From positions 117,154 through 181,153 of the forward strand of contig DEKK01000012.1 of the NCBI GenBank assembly GCA_002353815.1: DNA of 64,000 bases, in the 5' to 3' direction. Each line of letters opens with the position of its first letter. Position 1 is the stretch's first letter. The position numbers and the translations under genes are program-made. This document shows, one piece after another, positions 10,159 to 19,975 of this stretch. The notes under the pieces are model-generated. The model ran no database searches. It was not told the DNA's origin and was given only the letters and a program-made list of their open reading frames with translations. The DNA comes from Bifidobacteriaceae bacterium UBA2724 (GTDB lineage: Bacteria; Actinomycetota; Actinomycetes; Actinomycetales; Bifidobacteriaceae).

Positions 10159-10971
10159 TCAGTGGTCGATGATTTTGGAGAGGAAGTCCTTCGCGCGCTC
10201 GGTGCGTGGGTGCTCGAAGAAATCGTCCGGAGCACCGGTCTCGAGAATCTTCCCGTCCGCCATGAACACCACGCGGTCGGCGGCCTTGCGTGCGAAACCC
10301 ATCTCGTGGGTCACGCAGATCATGGTCATGCCCTCCCCCGCGAGCTCAAGCATGACGTCGAGCACCTCGTTGACCATCTCGGGATCGAGCGCCGACGTCG
10401 GTTCGTCGAAAAGCATGACCTTGGGATGCATGGCTAGGGCGCGGGCGATGGCGACGCGCTGTTGCTGGCCGCCGGAGAGTTGGGCTGGGTATTTCTCGGC
10501 CTGGGAGTCGACGCCGACGCGCGCAAGCAGCTCCATGGCCTCGTCATGCGCATCCTGCTTGGAGACATGGCGCACCTTGACGGGCGCAAGCATGACGTTG
10601 TCGATGATGGTCTTGTTCGCAAACAGGTTGAACTGCTGGAACACCATGCCGACCTCGGCGCGCAGGCGCGTCAGCTCGCGGCCTTCCTGCGGCAGAGGCG
10701 TGCCGTCGATGAGGATGGTTCCCGAATCGATGGTCTCGAGACGGTTGATGGTGCGACACATCGTGGATTTGCCTGAGCCAGAGGGGCCGAGCACGACGAG
10801 CACCTCGCCTTTGCTGACGGTGAGGTTGATGTCCTTGAGCACATGCAGGTCGCCGAAATGCTTGTCGACGTGGCGGAGCTCCACGAGCGGGCGTCCGTCC
10901 GATTCGGCCCCGTCGGGCCGCGTGGATGCCGGTGAGTCTTGCACCGGCGTGGTTGTTGCTGTGTTGGTCAT
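10159..10971 (-). CDS. gluA: Glutamate ABC transporter ATP-binding protein
   Basis: Walker A GPSGSGKS, signature [15 protein letters not shown], Walker [14 protein letters not shown]. Confidence 0.92.
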   Translation of the reverse strand: MTNTATTTPVQDSPASTRPDGAESDGRPLVELRHVDKHFGDLHVLKDINLTVSKGEVLVVLGPSGSGKSTMCRTINRLETIDSGTILIDGTPLPQEGRELTRLRAEVGMVFQQFNLFANKTIIDNVMLAPVKVRHVSKQDAHDEAMELLARVGVDSQAEKYPAQLSGGQQQRVAIARALAMHPKVMLFDEPTSALDPEMVNEVLDVMLELAGEGMTMICVTHEMGFARKAADRVVFMADGKILETGAPDDFFEHPRTERAKDFLSKIIDH

Positions 10972-11284
10972 GGCCCCAACGGTACCAACTCATCGTGTCG
11001 CCGGGTGATTCTTCTCATTTTCACGCGGCTAATCCCACGTGAGCTTCCATGCGGCACCACGATTCCCCGCACTGGGTGCGCCCCTGTGCCCACCGAGCCG
11101 CCCCGCGTAACACGCCCCACGTAACACGCCCCGAAATGGGCTTGCGTGTGCACCGCCGCACACACGCAACGCGCCCCGGACCCGATCGAGCAGAACACAT
11201 AACAGTGGCCCGGCACCACGCACGCGCACGCCACCGCGCCGCACAAGCGCCAACTCGGCACCGTCAGCAGATGACGGCGACGTC

Positions 11285-12520
11285 CTACTCCTCGCGCAGG
11301 CGCCTGCGGGCCTCGGTCATGTCGAAATGCGCCGGAGGCCAGTTGAGCCCCATGTCGCGCAGGCCGACGCGCAGCAGCTCCGACACCACGGCGCGCGAAT
11401 ACCAGCGATGGTCCGCGGGCACGAGATACCACGGCGCGCGGCGCGTGCTCGTCTTCTCGAAGACCTCCTGCCAGGCGTCCATGTAGTCGTCCCAGCGGGC
11501 GCGGGCGTCGAGATCGGACGGATCGAACTTCCAGTATTTGCATGGGTCATCCAAGCGGCCCAGGAAGTGCTTCTTCTGACAGTCGCGGCTCACCACGAGG
11601 AAGATCTTGATGATGGAGCAGCCGTCGTCGAGCAGGCCGTTCTCGAATTCGTTGATCTCGTCGTAGCGGGCGCGCCACACGGATTCCGGATACGTGCCGT
11701 AGACATGGGGCATGACGATGTCTTCGTAATGGGAACGGTCGAAGACCTTGATCCACCCGTTCTTGGGCAGTTCGCGGCGGATGCGCCACAAATAGTCGTG
11801 CGCGAGCTCCTCCTCGGTGGGCTTGCCGAAGCCGTGGTAGCCGATGCCCATCGGGTTGCCCTGGTGGAACACGTGGCGCACGATGCCACCCTTGCCGCTG
11901 GCGTCCATGCCCTGCAGCACGACGAGCATACGGCGCTTGCCCCCGTCGACGCCGTTGGCATACAGAAGCTCCTGGTAGAAGGCGATCTGGCTGGAGCTCA
12001 GCTCGATGAAGCGCTCGGCGTCCCCTTTGCCACCGCCGAACCCCGGGAGCGAAGCCCCGTCGATGTCGGCCACGCGCATGCCGGGACGGAACCGCAGCAG
12101 GTCCTCGACTGGTTCGTCCCACACGTCCGACAGCTTGCCGCTGGACTCCGCGGCCCGCTGGAGGCGGCGTTGCATCTCGGAAAGCCCCGTCCCGTCGATG
12201 TCGGCCGCGCGTTCGACGGAGTCCAGGGTCTTGGCGACCTTGGAATCCTTCGACGCTTTCGAATCCTTGCCATCCTTGGCGTCCTTCGTATCTTTCATTG
12301 CTTTCGTCTCCTTCGGCATCCCCTTGGACTTGGGCGTTTCCCGCGTTGGCTGCACGCCCGCGGCGTCACCGCCATCGTACCGTGCGGCGACGGCGGCCTC
12401 CGTCGGCCTTGCCTTGCCTTTCTTGTCTTTCTTCTTGCCGTCCTTGCCGGCATCATGCTTATGCTTGGACCAGCCGGCCCATTCCTCCCCCAGATGCGTG
12501 CGATCGGCTGAATTGGACAT
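11285..12520 (-). CDS. ppk2: Polyphosphate kinase 2 family protein (polyphosphate:nucleotide phosphotransferase)
   Basis: LQGMDASGKGG, HDYLWR, FDRSHYED, WKFDPSD, APWYLVPADHRWY. AGGAG ribosome-binding site before ATG 12520. Lys-rich N-terminal extension. Confidence 0.92.
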   Translation of the reverse strand: MSNSADRTHLGEEWAGWSKHKHDAGKDGKKKDKKGKARPTEAAVAARYDGGDAAGVQPTRETPKSKGMPKETKAMKDTKDAKDGKDSKASKDSKVAKTLDSVERAADIDGTGLSEMQRRLQRAAESSGKLSDVWDEPVEDLLRFRPGMRVADIDGASLPGFGGGKGDAERFIELSSSQIAFYQELLYANGVDGGKRRMLVVLQGMDASGKGGIVRHVFHQGNPMGIGYHGFGKPTEEELAHDYLWRIRRELPKNGWIKVFDRSHYEDIVMPHVYGTYPESVWRARYDEINEFENGLLDDGCSIIKIFLVVSRDCQKKHFLGRLDDPCKYWKFDPSDLDARARWDDYMDAWQEVFEKTSTRRAPWYLVPADHRWYSRAVVSELLRVGLRDMGLNWPPAHFDMTEARRRLREE

Positions 12521-12791
12521 ATCGGCTCCTTTCGCCCATGGACCTTCGTCGTTGAAAGCCACCCGCGACGCCAGACCCCGGACCGCCGCAGAGCGTCGTC
12601 GCCCCACGCGGACCCGTGTCTTGCCCGGCCCCGCGGGCAAACCCATCGGCGCCACGGCATCACGGCGATACCACCGAATTCTAGACCCCGGCCCCGCGAA
12701 TGCAAGGCGAATCGCGGTGCCGAGGCCGTTTCCGCGCCCCTGCTACGCCTTTCGTGAACATGGCGGGTTTCAACCATGGCGATGTTCCACA

Positions 12792-12841
12792 CATAATGCT
12801 ACGATTTGCGTAGCGTTATAAAGAGCTACGCGACGCGTAGC
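12792..12841 (+). promoter_or_regulatory. Two GCTACG-N5-CGTAGC palindromes next to a CATAAT -10 box; probable TetR operators
   Basis: GCTACGatttgCGTAGC at 12798-12814 and GCTACGcgacgCGTAGC at 12825-12841. CATAAT at 12792-12797. A tetR gene lies in the downstream operon. Confidence 0.7.
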
Positions 12842-12886
12842 ATAACCCCGTCGCCAGGATTGGACAACCCACTGAGGAGAACCAGA

Positions 12887-15800
12887 GTGAAGAACAGCTT
12901 CCGCGTCTATTGGCGTGATATCAAGCGGATTGCCAGGGTGCCCGCGGCATGGGTCATCGTCTTCGGTCTCACCGCCCTTCCCGCCCTCTACACATGGGTC
13001 AACGTCATCGGCTTCTGGAACCCCTACAACAACACCAGCGGCATCGTCATCTCGGTGGCCAACAACGACGCCGGCGGCACCAACGAACTCACCGGCGACA
13101 TCAACGTCGGCGATCTCGTCGAAAAGGCGCTGAAGGACAACGACCAGCTCGGATGGACCTTCGAGGACGAGGACACCGCCCTGTCGCACGTGAAGAGCGG
13201 CGAGAGCTATGCGGCCATCATCATCCCCGAGGATTTCTCGAGCAACCTGCTGACCATCCTCTCGGGCGACTTCCACCAGCCGAAGCTCGAATACTACGTG
13301 AACGAAAAGGCGAACGCCGTGGCCCCCAAGGTCACCGACGTGGGCGCGAACACCGTCGACCAGGAGATCAACGACACCTTCGTCTCGACGGTGTCCGAGG
13401 TGGTGGCCCAGGACATCACCGACGCCGCGTCCAAAGCCAACTCCGGAGTGCAGAAGGCCGACCAGAAGACCAAGAACGCGCTCGAAGAGGCGTCGTCCAA
13501 GATCGGCACGGCGCAAGACAAGATCACCGGGCTCATGGGCGACATCGACAACGCGCGGCAGGATGTCACCACCGTCAAATCCTCGATACTGGCCATCACC
13601 GACGACGTCGCCTCCATCGGCCGGTCGGTGCAGACGATGAACAGCGTGCTCCTCGACGCCTCGCAGACCGTGGGGAACCTCACCGCGGCCACCGGCACCG
13701 CCATGGACACCGCTTCGCAGAACATCACGCAGGCGGCCACCGCCACGTCGTCGATCGCCCAGAAGTCGAACCAACAGATGGACTCCGTGAGCGCGGCGGC
13801 GTCAGAAGGCATCTCGCAGACCCAGGGCGTCATCGATTCGGAACAAACGATCCTCGATGGGCTCAAGAACTCGCCCTATGCCAGCAACGACGACGTGAAG
13901 AAACAGATCGACAGACTGCAGGAGACCATCGACGACAGCAACCAGTCGCTCGACACGCTCAAGCTCCTGCAGCAGCAGATCGACCAAGGTGTGGACGACA
14001 CCACCCAGCTCGTCACCGACGCGAGCACCGCGACGACGTCGTCCGTTGCGACCGTGGATGCGCTGCGTTCCACCATCTCCACGTCCACGATCCCCAGCCT
14101 CAACAGCAGCATCAACCAGTTGAGCATGTCCGTGGGCGGGCTGGCATCCATCGCCACCACGCAGGACCGCGAGGTGACCATGCTCCTCACCGTGCTCGAC
14201 CAGCTCGATTCGACGCTGTCGCAGCTCAACGACACCCTCCAGACCACCAATGACTCGCTGACGACGCTCAAGTCCGACTTCGACGAAGCCTCCACCGACG
14301 TGGGCATCCTCACCAACTCGGCCACATGGAAGCGCATGATCAACGCGATGAACCTCGACTCCGGCAAAATCGCCAACTTCATGTCGTCCCCCACCGAAAT
14401 CACCACCGAGAAGCTCTACCCCGTCGCCACCTACGGCTCGTCCATGGCACCGCTGTTCACCTGCCTCACCATGTGGATTGGGTCGATCATGCTGGTCGTG
14501 ATCCTGCGGCTCGAGGTGGACGACGAGGGCATCGACAACCTCACGGTGCACCAACGCTACATGGGTCGCTGGATGCTCATGGCGACCCTGTCGGTGATGC
14601 AGGCGCTCATCGTCTCCATCGGCGAATGCGTGCTCCATGTGCAAATGGTCTCGCCCTCCATGTTCATCCTCACCACCATCATCATGGGGCTGGTGTACCT
14701 GAGTGTCGTGTACTCGCTGTCCGTCTGCTTCATGCACATCGGCATCGGCATATCCATCATCTGCGTGTTCCTGCAAATCCCGGGTGCATCGGGGCTCTAC
14801 CCAATCGAGATGATGCCCTCGTTCTTCAGGAAGCTCTACCCCTTCTTCCCCTTCACCTATGGCAACCGCATGCTTCGTGAGACCATCGGCGGCTTCTACA
14901 AGACCACATACGTGGTGTCGCTGTGCAAGCTGCTGCTCTTCGCCGTGGTCGCGTTCATCCTCGGACTGGCCCTGCGCCCGTTCCTGACGAACGTGACGCG
15001 CGTCTTCTACGACGAGATCGCCGAAACGCACCTCATGATGGGCGAAGCCGCCGAAACGCCCGCGCGCCGTTACAGGCTGTCGCAGGTCATCTCGGCCCTG
15101 TCGTCCAAAGAGGAATACCGCGCCGAGATCATGGCCAAGGCCGCGCGCTACGAGATCATGTACCCGCGGCTCAAGCACGGCGCCCTTATCTGCGGTTTCG
15201 TGATCCCCGCGGCGCTGGCGGTGCTGTCGGCGGTGAACTCCGACAAGAAAGTCGTCATCCTCGCCCTGTGGGTCATCTGGATGCTGCTCATCATCGGATT
15301 CCTGCTCACCATCGAGCTGCTGCGCGATTCCATCCAGCGCCAGGTGCTGCTGCTTGACGTCAGCGAAGAGGAACTGCGCACCATGGTGGCCAAGCACGCC
15401 CGCACCGTGCTGCGCCCCAAGCTGAAGAAGGAATCCGACGACGAATCCGGCGACGCCCCACTGGCCCCCGTGCTGAACAAGATCACCGAGGTGCTTGAGG
15501 AACGTGTGCAGCAGCAGGACGAGAAGATCGAGACCAAGCTGGCCGAGCGCTTCATCGCCCCGAAGGAGGAAGAGCAGCCCGGCACGACATACTACCCCGA
15601 CGGCGTCGTGCAAGACAGTTCGGGCAGCGTGGTCAAGAGATTCGGCGCCCGGGCCGACGACACGCCCACGCAGGAGCTGCCGAGCGTTACCGGAACGGCG
15701 CCCCGCGCCGCAACCGACGGCGGCACGAACAGCGACGGGACGGGCGCCAGCACCGAAATCACCGGCGGCGGCAGCGACACGGACACCGAGACCGGCACAG

Positions 15801-15937
15801 GCACCGGCGGCGGCAACGATACCGCGAGCGCCCTCGACACCATCGATACCGCCGATACCGATACCACCGACACCGATACCACCGACACCGATACCACCGA
15901 CACTACCGACACCACCACCGAGGAGGACGAACGATGA
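12887..15937 (+). CDS. YhgE/Pip family membrane protein (copy 1) with extra C-terminal TM pair and acidic Thr-rich tail
   Basis: YhgE N-domain (LPALYTWVNVIGFWNPY, VANNDAG, YAAIIIPEDFS, YYVNEKANAVAPKVT), long helical region, C-domain (YPVATYGSSMAPLF, QIPGASGLYPIEM). GTG start after a GAGGAG ribosome-binding site. Confidence 0.92.
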   Translation: MKNSFRVYWRDIKRIARVPAAWVIVFGLTALPALYTWVNVIGFWNPYNNTSGIVISVANNDAGGTNELTGDINVGDLVEKALKDNDQLGWTFEDEDTALSHVKSGESYAAIIIPEDFSSNLLTILSGDFHQPKLEYYVNEKANAVAPKVTDVGANTVDQEINDTFVSTVSEVVAQDITDAASKANSGVQKADQKTKNALEEASSKIGTAQDKITGLMGDIDNARQDVTTVKSSILAITDDVASIGRSVQTMNSVLLDASQTVGNLTAATGTAMDTASQNITQAATATSSIAQKSNQQMDSVSAAASEGISQTQGVIDSEQTILDGLKNSPYASNDDVKKQIDRLQETIDDSNQSLDTLKLLQQQIDQGVDDTTQLVTDASTATTSSVATVDALRSTISTSTIPSLNSSINQLSMSVGGLASIATTQDREVTMLLTVLDQLDSTLSQLNDTLQTTNDSLTTLKSDFDEASTDVGILTNSATWKRMINAMNLDSGKIANFMSSPTEITTEKLYPVATYGSSMAPLFTCLTMWIGSIMLVVILRLEVDDEGIDNLTVHQRYMGRWMLMATLSVMQALIVSIGECVLHVQMVSPSMFILTTIIMGLVYLSVVYSLSVCFMHIGIGISIICVFLQIPGASGLYPIEMMPSFFRKLYPFFPFTYGNRMLRETIGGFYKTTYVVSLCKLLLFAVVAFILGLALRPFLTNVTRVFYDEIAETHLMMGEAAETPARRYRLSQVISALSSKEEYRAEIMAKAARYEIMYPRLKHGALICGFVIPAALAVLSAVNSDKKVVILALWVIWMLLIIGFLLTIELLRDSIQRQVLLLDVSEEELRTMVAKHARTVLRPKLKKESDDESGDAPLAPVLNKITEVLEERVQQQDEKIETKLAERFIAPKEEEQPGTTYYPDGVVQDSSGSVVKRFGARADDTPTQELPSVTGTAPRAATDGGTNSDGTGASTEITGGGSDTDTETGTGTGGGNDTASALDTIDTADTDTTDTDTTDTDTTDTTDTTTEEDER

Positions 15938-18144
15938 GGAACATGTGGAAGCTGTTCGTCGGGGACCTGCGGCGCGCGACGATGAACGTCTCCGCGGTCA
16001 TCGTCATCATCGGCCTGGTGATGCTGCCGGCGCTGTTCACCTGGTTCAACGTCGCGGCCAGCTGGGACCCGTTCAGCAACACCAAGAACCTGAAGTTCGC
16101 CATCGCCAACAGCGACGAGGGCTACAAATCGGACCTGGTGCCCATCAAGATCAACATCGGCGACAGCGTCGTCAACGCCCTGCGCGCCAACGACCAGCTC
16201 AACTGGGTGTTCACCGACGAAGACAACGCCATCGACGGCACGAAATCCGGCGAATACTACGCGGCCGTCATCATCCCCAAGGATTTCTCCACGGACATGA
16301 TGACGTTCTTCTCAGACAACATGACCCACGCCAAGCTGGAGTATTACACCAATGAGAAGCTCAACGCCCTGGCCCCGGAGATCACCGGACAGGGCGCGAG
16401 CGGGGTGAGCTCGAACATCAACACGACGTTCACAGAGACGCTCGCCGACGTCTCGCTTGAGCTCGTCAACTCCTTCGCCTCGTACCTCGACTCCGACGAC
16501 ACCCGCACGATAGTCGTCAACGTCAACAACCATCTGGGCGACTTGGAGAAACAGACCAGGACGGCGTCCACCACCGTCGGGGCGTATTCGACGCTCGTGG
16601 ACTCGGCCTCGACGATCCTCGACAGCTCGAACGCCCTCATCGACCTCACCAAGCAGGATTCCGCCACTGCGAAAAGCGACATCGACAGCGCCGTGAGCTC
16701 GGTCAACGACATCGAAAGCACGCTCGACGCCGCCTCGACATCGCTGTCCAGTGCGATTTCGCAAAGCGTCTCGGCTTTCTCCAGCGTGAAGACGGACCTG
16801 CAGACGATACTCGACAACTCCGCGAACGACAGCGCCCAGGCATCCCAGGAGCTGAGGGACTATGCGACGGGAGTGCGCAACCACAAGAAGGATTTCACCG
16901 ACCTGGCCACGTCCCTTGCCGCGGCGCGAGACCAGCTTCAGTCGGCCGCACAGGCATCGGGCCAGGACTTCGACCCCCAGCCGTTCAATGACGCCATCGA
17001 CGCCATCAACAACAACGTGATCCCCGCCCTCGAGGCGCTGGCGACGGCCATCGACTCCGCCGCGGACACGGCCAGCTCCGTCAGCGGCGACCTGAAGGGC
17101 CAGAAGGGCGGCATCGTCGACAAAGTGCAGACCGCCATCGACTCCATCCAGTCCCTGTCAGACAGCTATCTCACCAAGATCGACAACGACGTGACGATCC
17201 TCAAGGCCTCGGCCAATTCCATCTCAAACAGCCTGACGTCGATCAACACCACGTTGCAAAGCACGATCGACCAGCTGTCGCAGTCCGACGGCTCCATCAA
17301 CGACAAGCTCAGCGACCTCAAGACCACGATCGACGACGCGTCGAGCAAGCTGTCGGACACCGCCGACCAGATCGGCAAGATCCACGACGCGCTCACCGAC
17401 GCGATCAACTCGAGTGACCTGTCGAAGCTGCAGTCGATCATCAACGGCAACGCCGAAGGGCTCGCGCAATCCATAGCATCCCCCGTCGCACTCGAACGCA
17501 CCGCCGTGTTCCCCGTCCAGAACTTCGGCAACGCCATGACGCCGTTCTATTCGACGCTGGCCATGTGGGTCGGCTCCCTGCTCATGTGCGTGGCCCTGCG
17601 CTGCGAGCCCGACGAAGAGACGCTCAAAGGATTCAAGAAACTCAAGCCGCGCCAGAAATATCTGGGGCATTTCGGGGTGTTCGCCGTGATCTCGCTGCTC
17701 CAGAGCACCTTCCTGTCGGTGGGCGACATCCTGTTCCTCGGGCTCACCTGCCAGCACCCCTTGCTTTTCATACTGGCGGCACAGCTTTCCGGCCTCGTCT
17801 TCGCGTTCTTCATCTATTCGCACGTGTTCTCGTTCGGCAATGTCGGCAAGGCGGTGGGCGTGCTGTTCCTCGTGATGCAGGTAGCCGGCGCCGGCGGCGC
17901 ATACCCGCTGCAGATGCTCACGCCGCTGCTCTACGACATCAGCTGGTTCCTGCCCGCACGCTACACCATCAACGCGATGCGCGCGGCGCTGTGCGGCATC
18001 TACCAGAACGACTACTGGTGGGATCTGCTGGGACTCATCCCGTTCATGCTCTTCGCACTGCTGCTCGGATTGCTTCTGCGCAAGCCCGTGGTCAAGCTCA
18101 ACGAGAACTTCGTGCGCATGACCAAAACCACCAAGCTCATCTGA
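15934..18144 (+). CDS. YhgE/Pip family membrane protein (copy 2)
   Basis: LPALFTWFNVAASWDPF, YYAAVIIPKDFS, YYTNEKLNALAPEIT, FPVQNFGNAMTPFY, QVAGAGGAYPLQ. ATGA overlap with copy 1. Confidence 0.92.
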   Translation: MRNMWKLFVGDLRRATMNVSAVIVIIGLVMLPALFTWFNVAASWDPFSNTKNLKFAIANSDEGYKSDLVPIKINIGDSVVNALRANDQLNWVFTDEDNAIDGTKSGEYYAAVIIPKDFSTDMMTFFSDNMTHAKLEYYTNEKLNALAPEITGQGASGVSSNINTTFTETLADVSLELVNSFASYLDSDDTRTIVVNVNNHLGDLEKQTRTASTTVGAYSTLVDSASTILDSSNALIDLTKQDSATAKSDIDSAVSSVNDIESTLDAASTSLSSAISQSVSAFSSVKTDLQTILDNSANDSAQASQELRDYATGVRNHKKDFTDLATSLAAARDQLQSAAQASGQDFDPQPFNDAIDAINNNVIPALEALATAIDSAADTASSVSGDLKGQKGGIVDKVQTAIDSIQSLSDSYLTKIDNDVTILKASANSISNSLTSINTTLQSTIDQLSQSDGSINDKLSDLKTTIDDASSKLSDTADQIGKIHDALTDAINSSDLSKLQSIINGNAEGLAQSIASPVALERTAVFPVQNFGNAMTPFYSTLAMWVGSLLMCVALRCEPDEETLKGFKKLKPRQKYLGHFGVFAVISLLQSTFLSVGDILFLGLTCQHPLLFILAAQLSGLVFAFFIYSHVFSFGNVGKAVGVLFLVMQVAGAGGAYPLQMLTPLLYDISWFLPARYTINAMRAALCGIYQNDYWWDLLGLIPFMLFALLLGLLLRKPVVKLNENFVRMTKTTKLI

Positions 18145-18192
18145 CGGCTGCACATCGAACCACCGCAAAGGCCAAGAAAGGAGACATGGCAG

Positions 18193-18996
18193 ATGCCAGC
18201 GAACGGCGCCACAACGCGCAGGAGCCAGATCCGCAACCGCACTGACAGCAAGATCATGGATGCGACCCTGCAGATTGCGCTGACCCAAGGCGTGGGCGCA
18301 GTGACCATAGAAGAGGTGTCGCGCATCAGCGGCGTTGCCAAAACCACCATCTACCGCCGATTCCGCAACAGCAAGGAACTGCTGAACAGCGTCTCGGCCA
18401 TGAAGGCGATCCAGCCACCGCAGCTCGATGAGATACCCGTGACCCCGCAGGGCATCGAAAGCATCATCACCGCGGTCATCAAGGCCTTCGAGGACACCGT
18501 GGGCGTCAAATCCGTGGGGCTGATGCTCAGCTCGGATTCCCGTTTCTTCAAGAACATGGTGATGAACGTGCTCACCCCAGTGCGGCATCGCATCGAGAAC
18601 TATTTCGAACGCGGCGTGAAAGAGGGGGCGTTCAGCCCGAACGCGGACATCGACATGATCATCGACTGCACGCTGGGCGGCATCGTCACGCGGGCGGCCA
18701 TCAGCGACGGCATCACGCAGGAATGGGCGCACAAGATATCGATGTTTCTGTGGAACTCGCTCTCGCCGCACAGCACGGCCATGCAGAACGTGGACGGGTC
18801 GGCGGCCGATGGCGACAGCTCCTCCGCCCCCGATGGCGCCATGCCGCGCACTTGCGAAGTCGTGGACTCGCCGACGGGATTGCTTCCGGCCGGTTCCGCG
18901 CTTCCAGATTCTCCCCAGACGCTTTCACAACAGGCAGGCGGCGCGAACCCCGCCCGACCCGCTTCATCTGACACCCATACCCCCAAGGAGGTCTGA
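18193..18996 (+). CDS. TetR/AcrR family transcriptional regulator
   Basis: HTH TIEEVSRISGVAKTTIYRRFRNSKELL. Low-complexity C-terminal tail. Confidence 0.9.
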   Translation: MPANGATTRRSQIRNRTDSKIMDATLQIALTQGVGAVTIEEVSRISGVAKTTIYRRFRNSKELLNSVSAMKAIQPPQLDEIPVTPQGIESIITAVIKAFEDTVGVKSVGLMLSSDSRFFKNMVMNVLTPVRHRIENYFERGVKEGAFSPNADIDMIIDCTLGGIVTRAAISDGITQEWAHKISMFLWNSLSPHSTAMQNVDGSAADGDSSSAPDGAMPRTCEVVDSPTGLLPAGSALPDSPQTLSQQAGGANPARPASSDTHTPKEV

Positions 18997-18997
18997 C

Positions 18998-19792
18998 ATG
19001 GCGCATTCCAAGAGCCGTCTGCACACCAAGAACCCATTCAAGAAAATCGCCATCGGATCGCAGGCCATCACAGCGAAGCGCCATGTCAAGCTGGCGCCGG
19101 AACCCCATGGCGACCGTTTCGGCCTGGTCTGCGCCGATGGAGTGGATCCGTCCGGAGAGCCGCTGCAGATCCTTGCCGTCGGCGATTCCATGATCGCGGG
19201 CTGCGGCACGGCGGACCAGAGTCTGGGCCTCGTTCCCCAGATCGCCACCGATCTGTCGGAGCGCGTCAACCGCCCCGTCCATTGGCAGACCGAAGCCAAG
19301 CTCGGATCCACCGTTCGGCGCATCAAATACCGTCTGCTCCCCAAGGGCACGAAAGACGGTGCGCGCTTCGACGTCATCTATCTGGGGGCCGGCTCGAACG
19401 ACATCATGGCGCGCCGAAAGATGGATTCGTGGAAGCAGGACCTCGGCGATTGCATCGACATGGCCCGCGAACACACGGATACCGTCATCGTCATGTCGTG
19501 CGGGCAGCTCCAATGGATCCCCTCGCTGGGCAAGATGCTACGCGACGACATGCTGAAGGTCTGCGACGAGCAGTGCGCGGCGTCGCTGAAGGTGTGCGCG
19601 AAACACGGGGCGACGTTCCTCAACATGCTGCACGAAGACCTGGGATGCGAGAATTCCTGGTTCTGGTGCGGCGACCAGTTCCACCCCAACACGTATGGCT
19701 ATGGCATCCTGGCGCGGCATTGCATCGACGCGATTCCGCAGGACGTCATCGACAGGCTCAGGGAATCCCGCGTCGGAACGCCGACAGCCTAG
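18998..19792 (+). CDS. SGNH/GDSL hydrolase (esterase/lipase)
   Basis: Block I VGDSMIAG, block III GSND, block V DQFHPN. AAGGAGG ribosome-binding site before ATG 18998. Confidence 0.88.
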   Translation: MAHSKSRLHTKNPFKKIAIGSQAITAKRHVKLAPEPHGDRFGLVCADGVDPSGEPLQILAVGDSMIAGCGTADQSLGLVPQIATDLSERVNRPVHWQTEAKLGSTVRRIKYRLLPKGTKDGARFDVIYLGAGSNDIMARRKMDSWKQDLGDCIDMAREHTDTVIVMSCGQLQWIPSLGKMLRDDMLKVCDEQCAASLKVCAKHGATFLNMLHEDLGCENSWFWCGDQFHPNTYGYGILARHCIDAIPQDVIDRLRESRVGTPTA

Positions 19793-19975
19793 GACGACGC
19801 GCCATGGAAGGGGTGCCCTGCCGCAGGGGTGCCCTGCCGAAAGCCCTGCGTCGTTGCAGGACGGCGTGATATGCAAAGGGCATGCCCCGTTGGCGGGACA
19901 TGCCCTGGGTGATGTCCGCTCGCGCCCGGCGGCGGCCGGCGTCATGCGTGCGCGGCGCGTCATCCACGCATGACG

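Noticed and set aside
12887-18144. Type VII secretion locus or prophage
   Set aside because: Only the Pip/YhgE pair is present. No EssC/FtsK ATPase, WXG100 or phage genes are in the window.
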